Positions 23,956 to 33,638 of a stretch of 64,000 bases of DNA are shown here, in pieces (position 1 is the stretch's first letter; the number at the start of each line of letters is the position of its first letter). The notes below the pieces were generated by a model. The model made no database searches. It had not been told where the DNA came from and saw only the letters and a list, made by a program, of their open reading frames with translations. The position numbers were made by a program, and so were the translations under genes. Origin of the DNA: Oscillospiraceae bacterium (GTDB lineage Bacteria > Bacillota > Clostridia > Oscillospirales > Ruminococcaceae); the NCBI GenBank assembly GCA_022508885.1, contig JAFLUG010000002.1, forward strand, positions 6,816 to 70,815, read 5' to 3'.

Positions 23956-24488
23956 TGGATAGTGTTTCTGATTTCGTCGCTGAGCTGCTGACCTTTAAGT
24001 ACCTTTACAAGCTCTAAGCCGAAATCAACCGAAACTCCAGCGCCTGCGGCGGTAGTGAAAAGCCCGTCTGTAATTACGTTTTGCTCAGCAATTTCAGCTC
24101 CATCGAGATATTTTCTGTAATCGGGGAACGCTGTCGCCTTTAATCCTTTAAGCAAGCCTTTTTTCCCGTAAACAGACGGTGCAGCGCAAATCGCTCCCAT
24201 AGGTATCTTGTTATTTACGCAAAAATCAACAGCCGACTGAACCTCGGGCGATTTATCGAGATTTTCCGTGCCGAGAGAACCTCCGGGCAGAACTATCATT
24301 TCAAGTTTATCCGAAAGCTCGATTTCCTTGTCTGAAATATCTGCTTTCATGGGTATCCCGTGTGAGCTTGTTACTTCAACACCGCCGATTCCGACGGTTT
24401 TAACGTCAAGTTTAGCGCGCCTGAGCATATCTATGGGCGCAATCGCCTCAGTCTCTTCAAAGCCGTTAGCTAAAAACACATAAACCAT
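23943..24488 (-). CDS. DJ-1/PfpI family protein
   Basis: 181 aa. The AICAAP nucleophile-elbow motif. Confidence 0.8.
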   Translation of the reverse strand: MVYVFLANGFEETEAIAPIDMLRRAKLDVKTVGIGGVEVTSSHGIPMKADISDKEIELSDKLEMIVLPGGSLGTENLDKSPEVQSAVDFCVNNKIPMGAICAAPSVYGKKGLLKGLKATAFPDYRKYLDGAEIAEQNVITDGLFTTAAGAGVSVDFGLELVKVLKGQQLSDEIRNTIQCAK

Positions 24489-24522
24489 TTAGATCTTCCT
24501 TTCAAATCACACTGTCAAGATA

Positions 24523-25191
24523 TCAAGATATCAAGATATCGAGCTGTTTGCATATTTGCTCATGAATTTCCTCAACAGAAAGCGGATTTCCGTCTATTGC
24601 GCATTTGATAACGCTCCAGTCGCCGTTTTCCGCTGCGAACACCGCGCTATTCCGGCATTCTTCAAGAAATTCAACATTTCTTTCATGAATGTCCTTTTTG
24701 CTTTCATCGCCGTCATAACGCTTTTTCAGCAGTTCCTGAGAAACCTCGACCGGCATATCGAGAAAAATCACCTTATCCGGCTCGGGAAGTCCGAGCTTAT
24801 TGTACTCAAAGTCATACAGCCAGTCCAAAAAGCAATTATATTCTTCCCTCGGCATTTTTGTAAGCTGATAGATAGCGTTTGAGGTGGTATAACGTCCTGT
24901 GATGATTAGTCCGCCGTTTTGGTAAAATTCTTTCCAATCGGTCGCGTAGCTTACATATCTGTCAACAGCGTAAATTGCCGAAGCGGAATACGCGCCGTTT
25001 TTTCCCTCGCATTTTACCGTTCCGTCAAGATACTGCCGAACGAGCTGACCGCTTAAGGTGTCATAATTCGGAAAGCTTACCGCGCGGAAGTTTACGCCAA
25101 GACTTTTAAGATAGTCTGCCGCAAGTTCAAGCTGCGTTGATTTTCCGCTTCCGTCCAGTCCGTCAAGCACAATAAGTTTTCCTTTTGTCAT
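24523..25191 (-). CDS. tmk: Thymidylate kinase (dTMP kinase-like)
   Basis: P-loop LDGLDGSGKSTQ at the N-terminus. 222 aa. Confidence 0.75.
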   Translation of the reverse strand: MTKGKLIVLDGLDGSGKSTQLELAADYLKSLGVNFRAVSFPNYDTLSGQLVRQYLDGTVKCEGKNGAYSASAIYAVDRYVSYATDWKEFYQNGGLIITGRYTTSNAIYQLTKMPREEYNCFLDWLYDFEYNKLGLPEPDKVIFLDMPVEVSQELLKKRYDGDESKKDIHERNVEFLEECRNSAVFAAENGDWSVIKCAIDGNPLSVEEIHEQICKQLDILIS

Positions 25192-25262
25192 AAACTCACT
25201 TCCGGAATATCAATATATAGTATATTGTACCACATTTTTACAATTTAGTCAATATGTATGGA

Positions 25263-25673
25263 CTAATTTTTTGAAAATTGGAAATCAACAAATTCTTGAG
25301 CAGAATTTCTGATTTCTTTTTCAATATCTTCCCTGTTGACAATTTCTTTCATAAGGCTTAAATATTCATCTTTCTTGGAAGTGGCATTGATACAGCGGTT
25401 AAACATCCAGACTGTATGAAGTGTGGGTCTGCGTTTCAGTGATTCTATCAAATAGGGTTCGTAGCTTGGATAAAAGGTTTCAATAAAATGAACCATAGCT
25501 CCGGGCATTCCGAAATCATCTAAAGGGTGACGCTCCATGATCTGAAGAAGCGGCGTTACGGTTTCAATGCCCGCGCCTTCATCTTTTATAAGTGACATTT
25601 TTTCTTCCATAGCATATATAAAATCATCTGAACCTACCAGTTCTTCGATTTCCCGTAAAAGCTTATCAATCAT
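25263..25673 (-). CDS. Hypothetical protein, 136 aa
   Basis: ORF-track ORF with its own intergenic spacing. No motif recognised. Its size and helical character resemble small immunity-type proteins (a guess). Confidence 0.4.
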   Translation of the reverse strand: MIDKLLREIEELVGSDDFIYAMEEKMSLIKDEGAGIETVTPLLQIMERHPLDDFGMPGAMVHFIETFYPSYEPYLIESLKRRPTLHTVWMFNRCINATSKKDEYLSLMKEIVNREDIEKEIRNSAQEFVDFQFSKN

Positions 25674-25694
25674 TTATTCCTCCCTAAATTCTAA

Positions 25695-26402
25695 TTACTC
25701 TCTTGAAAGCTCATATTTTATTCCGCACTGCTCAAACCCAACTTTTCTGTAAAAATCCAAAAGTTTATCCTCACAGAGCAGGAACACATCGCTTGGACTT
25801 AACATTCGGCACACCGTAGTAATCAAGCTTGATGCGTTTCCCCTGTTTCGCATCTCGGGGAACGTCGCTATCTGCGACAAAAGAGCTTGTCCGCATAAAT
25901 TGTGCTGAACGCAAAGCACCGAGCCGTTAAAGCCGTAAAACCGCGAAATGCCGTGACGTACTCTGTGCGACATATCGAGATACCACGGTTCATAATCAAT
26001 TTCAAATGATGTTTTCAAAATACTGTATGCTTCGGAAAGCGAAAGCTCCGATACTTTTTCGGGAGCTTCGCATAAATTTCCCGAAAATCGCATTATATTA
26101 AGACTTTCGCGGTTAAGCCTCAGTTTTTCGGACAACAGCTTTCCCGATTCCTCCGAACAGAAAAGCTTTGAAAATCCGCTGAAACTCAGGAATTCACACA
26201 GTTCTTCAAAGTCACCATTGCCGAACGTGCAGATGACAAATTCATCGTAAAACCGAGCTATAATCAAGTCTTCCGCGGAATAAAACCGGCAAAAGTCATA
26301 TCCTGTCCCGTAGGCTTGCAAAAGGGCACGTATCTTCTGCGCTTCAATCCCGATTTTCGGCAGCTCAGAAAGCTCATCGGGTGAATATACGCGTTTTATC
26401 AT
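25695..26402 (-). CDS. Hypothetical protein with a GNAT-like C-terminal domain
   Basis: 235 aa. FPEMRNRGNASSL resembles the R-x-x-G-x-A acetyl-CoA loop. ATGA overlap with the upstream M42 gene. Confidence 0.5.
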   Translation of the reverse strand: MIKRVYSPDELSELPKIGIEAQKIRALLQAYGTGYDFCRFYSAEDLIIARFYDEFVICTFGNGDFEELCEFLSFSGFSKLFCSEESGKLLSEKLRLNRESLNIMRFSGNLCEAPEKVSELSLSEAYSILKTSFEIDYEPWYLDMSHRVRHGISRFYGFNGSVLCVQHNLCGQALLSQIATFPEMRNRGNASSLITTVCRMLSPSDVFLLCEDKLLDFYRKVGFEQCGIKYELSRE

Positions 26403-27412
26403 ATATCCGCCGCGGCTGAGAGCATTTTTTCGGCAAGCGCGCTTACCGCGTCAAAATCGCTTGTTTTTATTACGCAGGACGACGAATGAAGATATCTGCA
26501 TGGAACGGAAATAGCGCAGGTCCTTACTCCCGAACGGCTTATGTGAATGGCTCTGCTGTCGTTTCCACCGGCTATAAGTGTTTTTGTCTGAACGGGAATA
26601 TTATTTTCTTCTGCGGTTTTCATCGCGAGAGAATACAAGCCGCGGTCATACAGCGTACCGCCGTCCATATAGGAAACCACCGCGCCTTTTCCAAGCTCGC
26701 AGACTTTTTTCTCGCCCGATACGCCCGCAATATCGCAGGCTGTAGTGGTTTCAAGAACGAACGCGATATCCGGCGCGACCGTAAACGCCGCCGCGGCAGC
26801 CCCGCGAGTTCCTATTTCCTCCTGAACCGTAAAAGCATACCACGCGTCGTACTCCGGCTGTCCGTTTATCATGTTCATCATGACCAGACACCCCGCGCGG
26901 TCGTCGATTGCCTTACCCTTCAAAAATCCGTCGCCGAACTCAAAGAAGTCCGCGTCAAAATAAGCGTAGCTTCCAAGAGGAGCTTTCTTCTCGGCCTCTT
27001 CACGGGAATTTACTCCGATGTCAAGGTAAAGCTCACTTATTTCGGGTATCTTCTTTCGTTCGTCACTGCTTTGCTGGTGAATTGCCTTTGTAGCACAAAC
27101 GCCGTATGCGCCGCTTTCGAGCTTAATGCCTCTTCCGAGCAAGACCTCGGGATTTATTCCTCCGACCGCTCCGAAGCGCAGAAAACCTTCGCTATCCGCA
27201 TAAGTTATCATAAGACCGACCTCGTCCATATGAGCGGCAAACATTATCTTGTTTTTAGGCGTTTTTCTGCCTTTTTTAAACACGATCAGATTTCCGAGAT
27301 TATCGGTGAAAATCTCGTCGGCAGTAATTTTTTCCCGAATAAAATTGCGGATACTTTTCTCATCGCCCGAAGCGCCGTTTACCTCACATAATTCCTTAAG
27401 CATTTCGTTCAT
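26399..27412 (-). CDS. M42 family metallopeptidase (glutamyl aminopeptidase / CelM-like)
   Basis: 337 aa. HMDEVG and DDRAGC metal-ligand motifs. Confidence 0.85.
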   Translation of the reverse strand: MNEMLKELCEVNGASGDEKSIRNFIREKITADEIFTDNLGNLIVFKKGRKTPKNKIMFAAHMDEVGLMITYADSEGFLRFGAVGGINPEVLLGRGIKLESGAYGVCATKAIHQQSSDERKKIPEISELYLDIGVNSREEAEKKAPLGSYAYFDADFFEFGDGFLKGKAIDDRAGCLVMMNMINGQPEYDAWYAFTVQEEIGTRGAAAAAFTVAPDIAFVLETTTACDIAGVSGEKKVCELGKGAVVSYMDGGTLYDRGLYSLAMKTAEENNIPVQTKTLIAGGNDSRAIHISRSGVRTCAISVPCRYLHSSSCVIKTSDFDAVSALAEKMLSAAADI

Positions 27413-27413
27413 T

Positions 27414-28433
27414 TCACTTTTCCTCCGCGTATTCGCAAATCAACGAAGCTACCGCTTCGATATCGCGAATATCCGCTGTTTCGACGGCAGTGTGCATATA
27501 TCTTATCGGAAGCGACAGCGTACAGCATTTCACGCCGCGTCCGCTTACTCCGATAGCGTCGGCGTTTGTTCCTGTGGAACCCGGCATGATCTCACGGGTG
27601 AACGGAATGTTGGCGTTATTCGCGAGTGTACACAGCTTGTTTGACATTTCCTTGTCAAGACCTGCGGAAAATCCTATCATAGCACCGCTTCCAAGTTTTG
27701 CGGTATCCTTTTCGGAACTGTCGGGAGTATTGCCGAAAGAAACGTCGATGACTATCGCCTCGTCGGGCTGAATTTTAAATCCGTTCATTTTCGCTCCGCT
27801 CTCGCCAGTCTCCTCGCGGCAGGAAAAGCACACGGCAATATTGTAAGCTGTTTTCTTGCCCTTAAGCATTTCAAGAGCGCGTAAAACCGCACATACTCCG
27901 CTTCTGTTGTCAATAGCGGGAGCGGAAACCTTTGTTTCGGATAATTCGCGGAATGCCGAGTTTACCGTAATTCTGTCACCAAGGGAAATAAGCTCCTCTG
28001 CTTTATCTTTTGAAAGACCGATATCAATAAAAATATCTCCGATCTCGGGCGCGGTTCTTTCCTTTGACGATTTTGACACATGGGGAGGAAGAGTTGAAAT
28101 TACTCCCAAAACATCTTTCTTTCCGTGAATCGTTACCGACTGAGCCAAAAGCGTTTTTAAGTCCGGAGAACCGCACGCGCCGACGCCAATAAATCCATTT
28201 TCGTTAATAAATGTTACGATAAGCCCTACTTGGTCGATATGCGCGTCAAGCAAGAGTGTTTTTGCGTTTGGATCTTCGGATTTAACGAAACCCAAAACAC
28301 TTCCGAACGCGTCAACACTTACATTATCTGCGTATTCCCGAAGATATTCCGCAGCTTTTTCCGAAGCGGAGAACTCGTCTCCGGAAACCCCGACGCATTC
28401 TGTAAGCGCCTTTAAAACTGTTTTTATCTCCAT
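27414..28433 (-). CDS. M42 family metallopeptidase (paralogue)
   Basis: 339 aa. HIDQVG and IDNRSG motifs. In tandem with the previous gene. Confidence 0.85.
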   Translation of the reverse strand: MEIKTVLKALTECVGVSGDEFSASEKAAEYLREYADNVSVDAFGSVLGFVKSEDPNAKTLLLDAHIDQVGLIVTFINENGFIGVGACGSPDLKTLLAQSVTIHGKKDVLGVISTLPPHVSKSSKERTAPEIGDIFIDIGLSKDKAEELISLGDRITVNSAFRELSETKVSAPAIDNRSGVCAVLRALEMLKGKKTAYNIAVCFSCREETGESGAKMNGFKIQPDEAIVIDVSFGNTPDSSEKDTAKLGSGAMIGFSAGLDKEMSNKLCTLANNANIPFTREIMPGSTGTNADAIGVSGRGVKCCTLSLPIRYMHTAVETADIRDIEAVASLICEYAEEK

Positions 28434-28439
28434 TTTATA

Positions 28440-28937
28440 TCATTCCTTTAAAAAGTCGTTTTTTATATCGGGAATATTAAATTTACAACCCTCAATATTC
28501 AAAGCCTCAAGCTTGTAAGCAACAATTTCACGCGGAAACCCTAACTTAGCCGAGAGAGCCTCAAGCGAGTTTTCATTTTCCAGCTCGGACAAGATCTCAT
28601 CATCGGATATAAGTACGCTTGCCGCAAACAAATTTGCTTCCCGCTCGGTTTTGCTGTTTTCAAGAAACAGTGTGGTTTCACGTATTTTTCCATCGGAAAG
28701 ATCTTTGTGAAGCAAATCGTGGCCAAGCTCGTGCGCGCAGACAACAGATTTAAGTATTTCATCAAGTTCTTCATTGATCACAATATACCTTATATTGTTT
28801 TCACGCAAATAAAAACCTTTAAGCGAGCCGAGCTTTCTGAACCACACTTTTATGCCCGCATTCTCAGCGGTTTCAAATATATCGGCGCCGCCGTATCTTT
28901 CAACTATCTCTTTCGCAAGCTCAACAATACGCAGCAT
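28440..28937 (-). CDS. ImmA/IrrE family metallo-endopeptidase
   Basis: 165 aa. The HELGHDLLH zinc motif. Immediately downstream of an XRE regulator. Confidence 0.8.
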   Translation of the reverse strand: MLRIVELAKEIVERYGGADIFETAENAGIKVWFRKLGSLKGFYLRENNIRYIVINEELDEILKSVVCAHELGHDLLHKDLSDGKIRETTLFLENSKTEREANLFAASVLISDDEILSELENENSLEALSAKLGFPREIVAYKLEALNIEGCKFNIPDIKNDFLKE

Positions 28938-28940
28938 TCA

Positions 28941-29357
28941 TTATTCCCCGTTTTTATTGTTTTTACGGCTGTCAAGATAAATTTCATTAAGAGTTCTTAT
29001 CAGAAACTCCTTATCCTCGTCGGAAATGGAATTTCCCGCGAAAAGTCCTTTGCTTTCCTCAAGGAATTTTATTGCGCCCGCGCTTGTTTTCCCGCTGTCC
29101 AAAAGGGTTTTAATAAATTTTTCGTCGGCGGATAACTCAAGATCTGCGTTGTCGTCCGAAAGAAACTCGGCTGTAACGCCAAGCTCGTCTGCCATCCTTT
29201 TGAGAATATCTTTTCTCGGACGGCGGTTTTCCGTAATGTAATAATTAAACGCACGATATGTTATTCCGACAGACTTTGCAAATTCCGTCTTACTGATACG
29301 TTTTCTTGTAAGAAGATATTCCAGCTTTTCGCTTAGTTTCACGTCAGTTTCCTCCAT
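28941..29357 (-). CDS. XRE-family HTH transcriptional regulator, 138 aa
   Basis: RKRISKTEFAKSVGITYRAFNYYITENRRP is an HTH_3 motif, followed by a C-terminal extension. Confidence 0.8.
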   Translation of the reverse strand: MEETDVKLSEKLEYLLTRKRISKTEFAKSVGITYRAFNYYITENRRPRKDILKRMADELGVTAEFLSDDNADLELSADEKFIKTLLDSGKTSAGAIKFLEESKGLFAGNSISDEDKEFLIRTLNEIYLDSRKNNKNGE

Positions 29358-29423
29358 TATTGTATTACCTTATTATTATAGCAGTCATAATCTTTTTTGT
29401 CAAGTATTGGAAACAAGCATAAT

Positions 29424-29549
29424 CAATGAATATTATTCATTGCTATTCAAAATTTCTTAAAATTTATTTGAAAAAATAATGAGATTATTGAATAATATTA
29501 TGTATTATGAATATTAGCACTTGACAAAACATCAGGATGATTGTAAAAT
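29424..29549 (+). promoter_or_regulatory. ARG-box-like operators and the argG promoter
   Basis: A perfect 19-bp palindrome CAATGAATATTATTCATTG (29424-29442). Tandem TGAATAATATTATG / TGAATATTAGCA boxes (29487-29522) abut TTGACA (29521-29526), then a 17-nt spacer and TAAAAT (29544-29549). Confidence 0.55.
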
Positions 29550-29592
29550 AATATTCGTAAAATAATTTTCTAACATAAAGGAGATTTTAATT

Positions 29593-30816
29593 ATGGCTGA
29601 TCAGATTAAAAAGGTTGTTCTGGCATACTCGGGCGGTCTTGATACTTCGATTATTATCCCGTGGCTTAAAGAAACATATCCCGGCTGCGAGGTTATCTGC
29701 GTTGCGGGAAACGTAGGTCAGGACGCAGAGCTTACGGGTCTTGAGGAAAGAGCTAAGAAAACGGGCGCTTCAAAGCTTTATATCGAGGACATTCAGGACG
29801 AGTTTGTCAATGATTTCGTGTTCCCCACTCTTAAGGCAGGCGCCAAGTATGAGGGATATCTGCTCGGAACTTCTTTTGCGCGTCCGCCTATTGCTAAGAG
29901 GATCGTTGAGATCGCTAAGAAAGAGGGCGCGGACGCTATCTGCCACGGCTGTACCGGTAAGGGCAACGACCAGGTCCGTTTTGAGCTTACGATAAAGGCT
30001 CTTGCTCCCAATATGAAGATAATCGCTCCGTGGAGAGTATGGGACATCAAGTCGCGTGACCAGGAAATTGACTACGCCGAGGCGCACAATGTTCCCATTA
30101 AAATTACACGCGAAACAAACTACTCAAAGGATATGAACCTCTGGCATCTTTCTCACGAGGGACTTGACCTTGAGGATCCCGCAAACGAGCCTCAGTACAA
30201 CAAAGAAGGCTTCCTTGAGCTCGGAGTTTCTCCCGAGCAGGCTCCCGACAAGCCTACTTATGTTACGATCCATTTTGAAAAGGGCGTTCCCGTCTCTCTC
30301 AACGGCGAGAATATGGACGGCGTAAAGCTTATTAAGACGCTCAACAAGATCGGCGGAGAAAACGGTATCGGTTTGTTCGATGTTGTGGAAAACAGACTTG
30401 TCGGTATGAAGTCGCGCGGAGTTTACGAAACTCCCGGAGGAACCATTCTTTATCACGCGCACGAGGTTCTCGAAACTATCTGCCTTGACAAGGAGACTCA
30501 GCATTATAAATACGGTCTTGCTCAGAAATACGCCGACCTTGTTTACAACGGTCAGTGGTATACTCCCCTTCGCGAGGCTATGGACGCTTTTGTCAACAAG
30601 ACGCAGGAAACCGTTACGGGCGACGTAAAGCTCAAACTCTATAAGGGCAACATCATAAACGCGGGCGTTACCTCACCGTATACTCTTTACAGCGAGGACT
30701 TTGCTTCTTTCGGCGAGGACGATGTTTACAACCAGATGGACAGTGCGGGCTTTATCAACCTGTTCGGTCTGCCTATCAAGGTAAAGGCAATGCTTGACGC
30801 TGAGAGGAACAAATAA
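29593..30816 (+). CDS. argG: Argininosuccinate synthase
   Basis: 407 aa. The AYSGGLDTS motif. Confidence 0.95.
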   Translation: MADQIKKVVLAYSGGLDTSIIIPWLKETYPGCEVICVAGNVGQDAELTGLEERAKKTGASKLYIEDIQDEFVNDFVFPTLKAGAKYEGYLLGTSFARPPIAKRIVEIAKKEGADAICHGCTGKGNDQVRFELTIKALAPNMKIIAPWRVWDIKSRDQEIDYAEAHNVPIKITRETNYSKDMNLWHLSHEGLDLEDPANEPQYNKEGFLELGVSPEQAPDKPTYVTIHFEKGVPVSLNGENMDGVKLIKTLNKIGGENGIGLFDVVENRLVGMKSRGVYETPGGTILYHAHEVLETICLDKETQHYKYGLAQKYADLVYNGQWYTPLREAMDAFVNKTQETVTGDVKLKLYKGNIINAGVTSPYTLYSEDFASFGEDDVYNQMDSAGFINLFGLPIKVKAMLDAERNK

Positions 30817-30833
30817 TTACATTTAATTCAAAC

Positions 30834-30868
30834 CGCAAAGCGTGCAGATCCACGCTTTGCGCATTTTC
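30834..30868 (+). terminator. Intergenic hairpin/terminator between argG and argH
   Basis: CGCAAAGCGTG-cagatc-CACGCTTTGCG followed by CATTTTC (a short T-run, so possibly only an attenuating or stabilising hairpin). Confidence 0.5.
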
Positions 30869-30887
30869 AAACGGGAGATAATACATT

Positions 30888-32273
30888 ATGGCAATGTGGG
30901 CTGGAAGATTTTCCAAAGAGGTCGATAAGGGCGTAAACGCTTTTAATTCTTCTATTTCTTTTGACGCGAGAATGTATAAGCAGGATATTGCGGGCAGTAT
31001 CGCTCACGCGACGATGCTTGGAGAACAGGGCATTATAAGCATGAGCGACAGCCTTGAGATTATCGGCGGATTAAAGGAAATTCTCGGCGATATTGAGAGC
31101 GGAAAGCTTCAATTTGACCCGAATGCGGAGGATATTCACATGTTTATCGAGGCGGAGCTTACAAGCCGCCTTGGCGACGTGGGAAAAAGACTGCATACCT
31201 CGCGTTCGAGAAACGACCAGGTCGCGCTTGACATCAGACTTTATCTCCGTGATGAAATAAAGGAAATAAAAGAGCTTCTGGTAAAGCTTATCGAAACGCT
31301 GTGTGAGATCGCCGAGAAAAATTACGACACTATCATGCCGGGATATACCCATTTACAGCGTGCCCAGCCTATCACATTCGGTCATCATCTTATGGCATAC
31401 GCGCAGATGCTTTTAAGGGATATTGACAGGCTAAAGGATACGGAAAAACGAATGAACGTAAATCCTCTCGGAAGCTGTGCGCTTGCGGGAACGACCTACA
31501 ACATTGACAGACAGCGCACCACTTCCCTGCTCAATATGTACGAACCTATGGAAAATTCTCTTGACGGAGTTTCGGACAGGGATTTCTGCATGGAACTTGC
31601 TTCCGCGCTCTCTATCTGTATGGTTCATCTTTCAAGGTTTTCCGAGGAGATCATTATGTGGTGCAGTTGGGAGTTTAAATTCATTGAGCTTGACGACGCG
31701 TTTTCTACAGGCTCGAGCATAATGCCGCAGAAGAAAAATCCCGACGTTACCGAGCTTATCAGAGGAAAGACTGCGCGTGTTATCGGCGACAATATGACGC
31801 TTCTTACGATGATGAAGGGACTTCCGCTTGCATATAACAAGGATATGCAGGAGGACAAGGAAGCAATTTTCGACGCGGTTGATAATATTAAGCTCTGTAT
31901 ATCCACATTTACACCAATGCTTGCGACGATGACGGTATTGCGCGAGAATATGCGCAGCGCTGCCGCAAGAGGCTTTATAAACGCTACGGACTGCGCGGAT
32001 TATCTGGTTAAAAAAGGAATGCCGTTCAGAACTGCGTATAAGATAACCGGCGGACTTGTTGCACTATGTATAAGCAAAAACACCACTTTAGAGGAGCTTC
32101 CGCTTGACGAATACAAAAACGCAAGCGAGCTTTTCGATGAAGATATATATAACGCAATAAGTCTTGATACCTGCGTAAAAGAACGCAAGTCGTTCGGCGG
32201 GCCTTCTCCCGAAAGCGTTCTGGCACAGATTAAATCGGTAAAGAAAAAGCTTGAGGAGCAAAAAAATGGTTAA
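30888..32273 (+). CDS. argH: Argininosuccinate lyase
   Basis: 461 aa. The GSSIMPQKKNPD signature. Confidence 0.95.
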   Translation: MAMWAGRFSKEVDKGVNAFNSSISFDARMYKQDIAGSIAHATMLGEQGIISMSDSLEIIGGLKEILGDIESGKLQFDPNAEDIHMFIEAELTSRLGDVGKRLHTSRSRNDQVALDIRLYLRDEIKEIKELLVKLIETLCEIAEKNYDTIMPGYTHLQRAQPITFGHHLMAYAQMLLRDIDRLKDTEKRMNVNPLGSCALAGTTYNIDRQRTTSLLNMYEPMENSLDGVSDRDFCMELASALSICMVHLSRFSEEIIMWCSWEFKFIELDDAFSTGSSIMPQKKNPDVTELIRGKTARVIGDNMTLLTMMKGLPLAYNKDMQEDKEAIFDAVDNIKLCISTFTPMLATMTVLRENMRSAAARGFINATDCADYLVKKGMPFRTAYKITGGLVALCISKNTTLEELPLDEYKNASELFDEDIYNAISLDTCVKERKSFGGPSPESVLAQIKSVKKKLEEQKNG

Positions 32274-33204
32274 GGTTTACATTGACGGACAGGAAGGAAC
32301 TACGGGTCTTAAGATCCTCGAAAGATTTGAAGGCAGAAACGACATCGAGCTTCTGAAAATCGACGAATCCAAGCGAAAGGACAATGACGAGCGCAGAAAG
32401 ATGATAAATTCCGCCGATTTTGTTTTCCTGTGTCTTCCGGATGACGCCGCGAGAGAGGCTGTCGCTATGGCCGACGATAAAGTAAGAATTATTGACGCTT
32501 CTACCGCGCACAGGACAAATTCCGAATGGGCGTACGGATTTCCCGAGCTCGGCGCGGATTTCAGAAACAAAATCGAAAACAGCAGCAGGACCGCTGTTCC
32601 GGGTTGTTACGCGAGCGGATTTATTTCAATGGTATATCCGCTTGTTAAGCTCGGAATTATGCCGAAAGACTATCCCATAGTCTGCCACGCGGTTTCGGGA
32701 TACAGCGGGGCCGGAAAAAAAGCTATTGCCGTATACAAGGGAGAAAACCGTCCGGCGGATTTAGACAGTCCGCGTCAGTACGCGCTTTCACAACAGCACA
32801 AGCACCTTCCCGAAATGCAGAAGATATGCGGGCTTGATTACGCTCCCGCGTTTAATCCGCTTGTATGCGATTATTATTCGGGAATGGTCGTGTCGCTCCC
32901 GATTTTTACGAGAATGCTGACGAAAAAGTATTCTTTAAGCGATGTGAGAAAAGCGCTTAAAGAGTTTTATGAGGAAAACGGCTCTTATTTTGTAAAGGTG
33001 ATGCCCGAGGGCGAGCCCGAGGACGGCTTTATCGGCGCTAATAATATAAGCGGCACGAATATGATGCAGATTTTCGTAAACGGAAACGACGAGAGGCTTA
33101 TTCTCTGCTCGAGACTTGACAATCTCGGAAAGGGCGCGTCGGGAGCGGCGGTTCAGTGTCTTAACATAATGATGGGAATCGACGAGAAAACGGGGCTTAT
33201 CTGA
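32266..33204 (+). CDS. argC: N-acetyl-gamma-glutamyl-phosphate reductase (short type)
   Basis: MVKVYIDGQEGTTGL ... PGCYASG (catalytic Cys). The ATG at 32266 follows GAGGAG and overlaps the argH stop. Confidence 0.9.
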   Translation: MVKVYIDGQEGTTGLKILERFEGRNDIELLKIDESKRKDNDERRKMINSADFVFLCLPDDAAREAVAMADDKVRIIDASTAHRTNSEWAYGFPELGADFRNKIENSSRTAVPGCYASGFISMVYPLVKLGIMPKDYPIVCHAVSGYSGAGKKAIAVYKGENRPADLDSPRQYALSQQHKHLPEMQKICGLDYAPAFNPLVCDYYSGMVVSLPIFTRMLTKKYSLSDVRKALKEFYEENGSYFVKVMPEGEPEDGFIGANNISGTNMMQIFVNGNDERLILCSRLDNLGKGASGAAVQCLNIMMGIDEKTGLI

Positions 33205-33215
33205 TAGGTGATTTT

Positions 33216-33638
33216 ATGTACTATAAGGAAATAAGAGTGTGGGTTCCGGACGAGGAAGTTTTGGATATCCGTTTTTTAAAGCATGAAAAATTCTTTGTAT
33301 ATAATTTCCTTAATAAGCCGTATATAATTACGGCAGAAATTGTTGATACAAGAAATTATATCGGATTTGGAGCAGATGGAAAGATTTATCTTCTCGACAT
33401 AGAAAACAACCGCGAAGTCTATGCCTCGAGCGCGCTTGCAGTTTTCGGCAGACAGCTTAAGTTATATCGAGATTTAACTGCTATTACCGAACAAACTGAC
33501 GATGAAAAAACACAATCCGAAGATTTTGCAACGGAAATACAAAAGCTGGACAATAACGCGTTTTCAAATGAAAACAATTTCTGGTCTGAGGTTTTGAAAC
33601 AAATAGAGCTTGACTCAATACATGAGGTAAAGATATGA
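33216..33638 (+). CDS. Hypothetical 140-aa protein embedded in the arg operon
   Basis: ORF-track ORF packed between argC and argJ (ATGA overlap with argJ). No arginine-pathway motif recognised. Confidence 0.5.
   Translation: MYYKEIRVWVPDEEVLDIRFLKHEKFFVYNFLNKPYIITAEIVDTRNYIGFGADGKIYLLDIENNREVYASSALAVFGRQLKLYRDLTAITEQTDDEKTQSEDFATEIQKLDNNAFSNENNFWSEVLKQIELDSIHEVKI

Noticed and set aside
24508-24535. Tandem CAAGATAT x3 at the 3' end of tmk
   Set aside because: It is only three short units straddling the stop codon, with no further copies. It is most simply a slippage duplication of no evident function.
26486-27391. 301-aa plus-strand ORF, and similar long antisense ORFs at 13473-14066, 34178-34885, 35239-35811, 39575-40141 and 48474-49052
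   Set aside because: All lie antisense to confidently identified enzymes. They have Arg/Ser-rich shadow-frame composition and lack RBSs.
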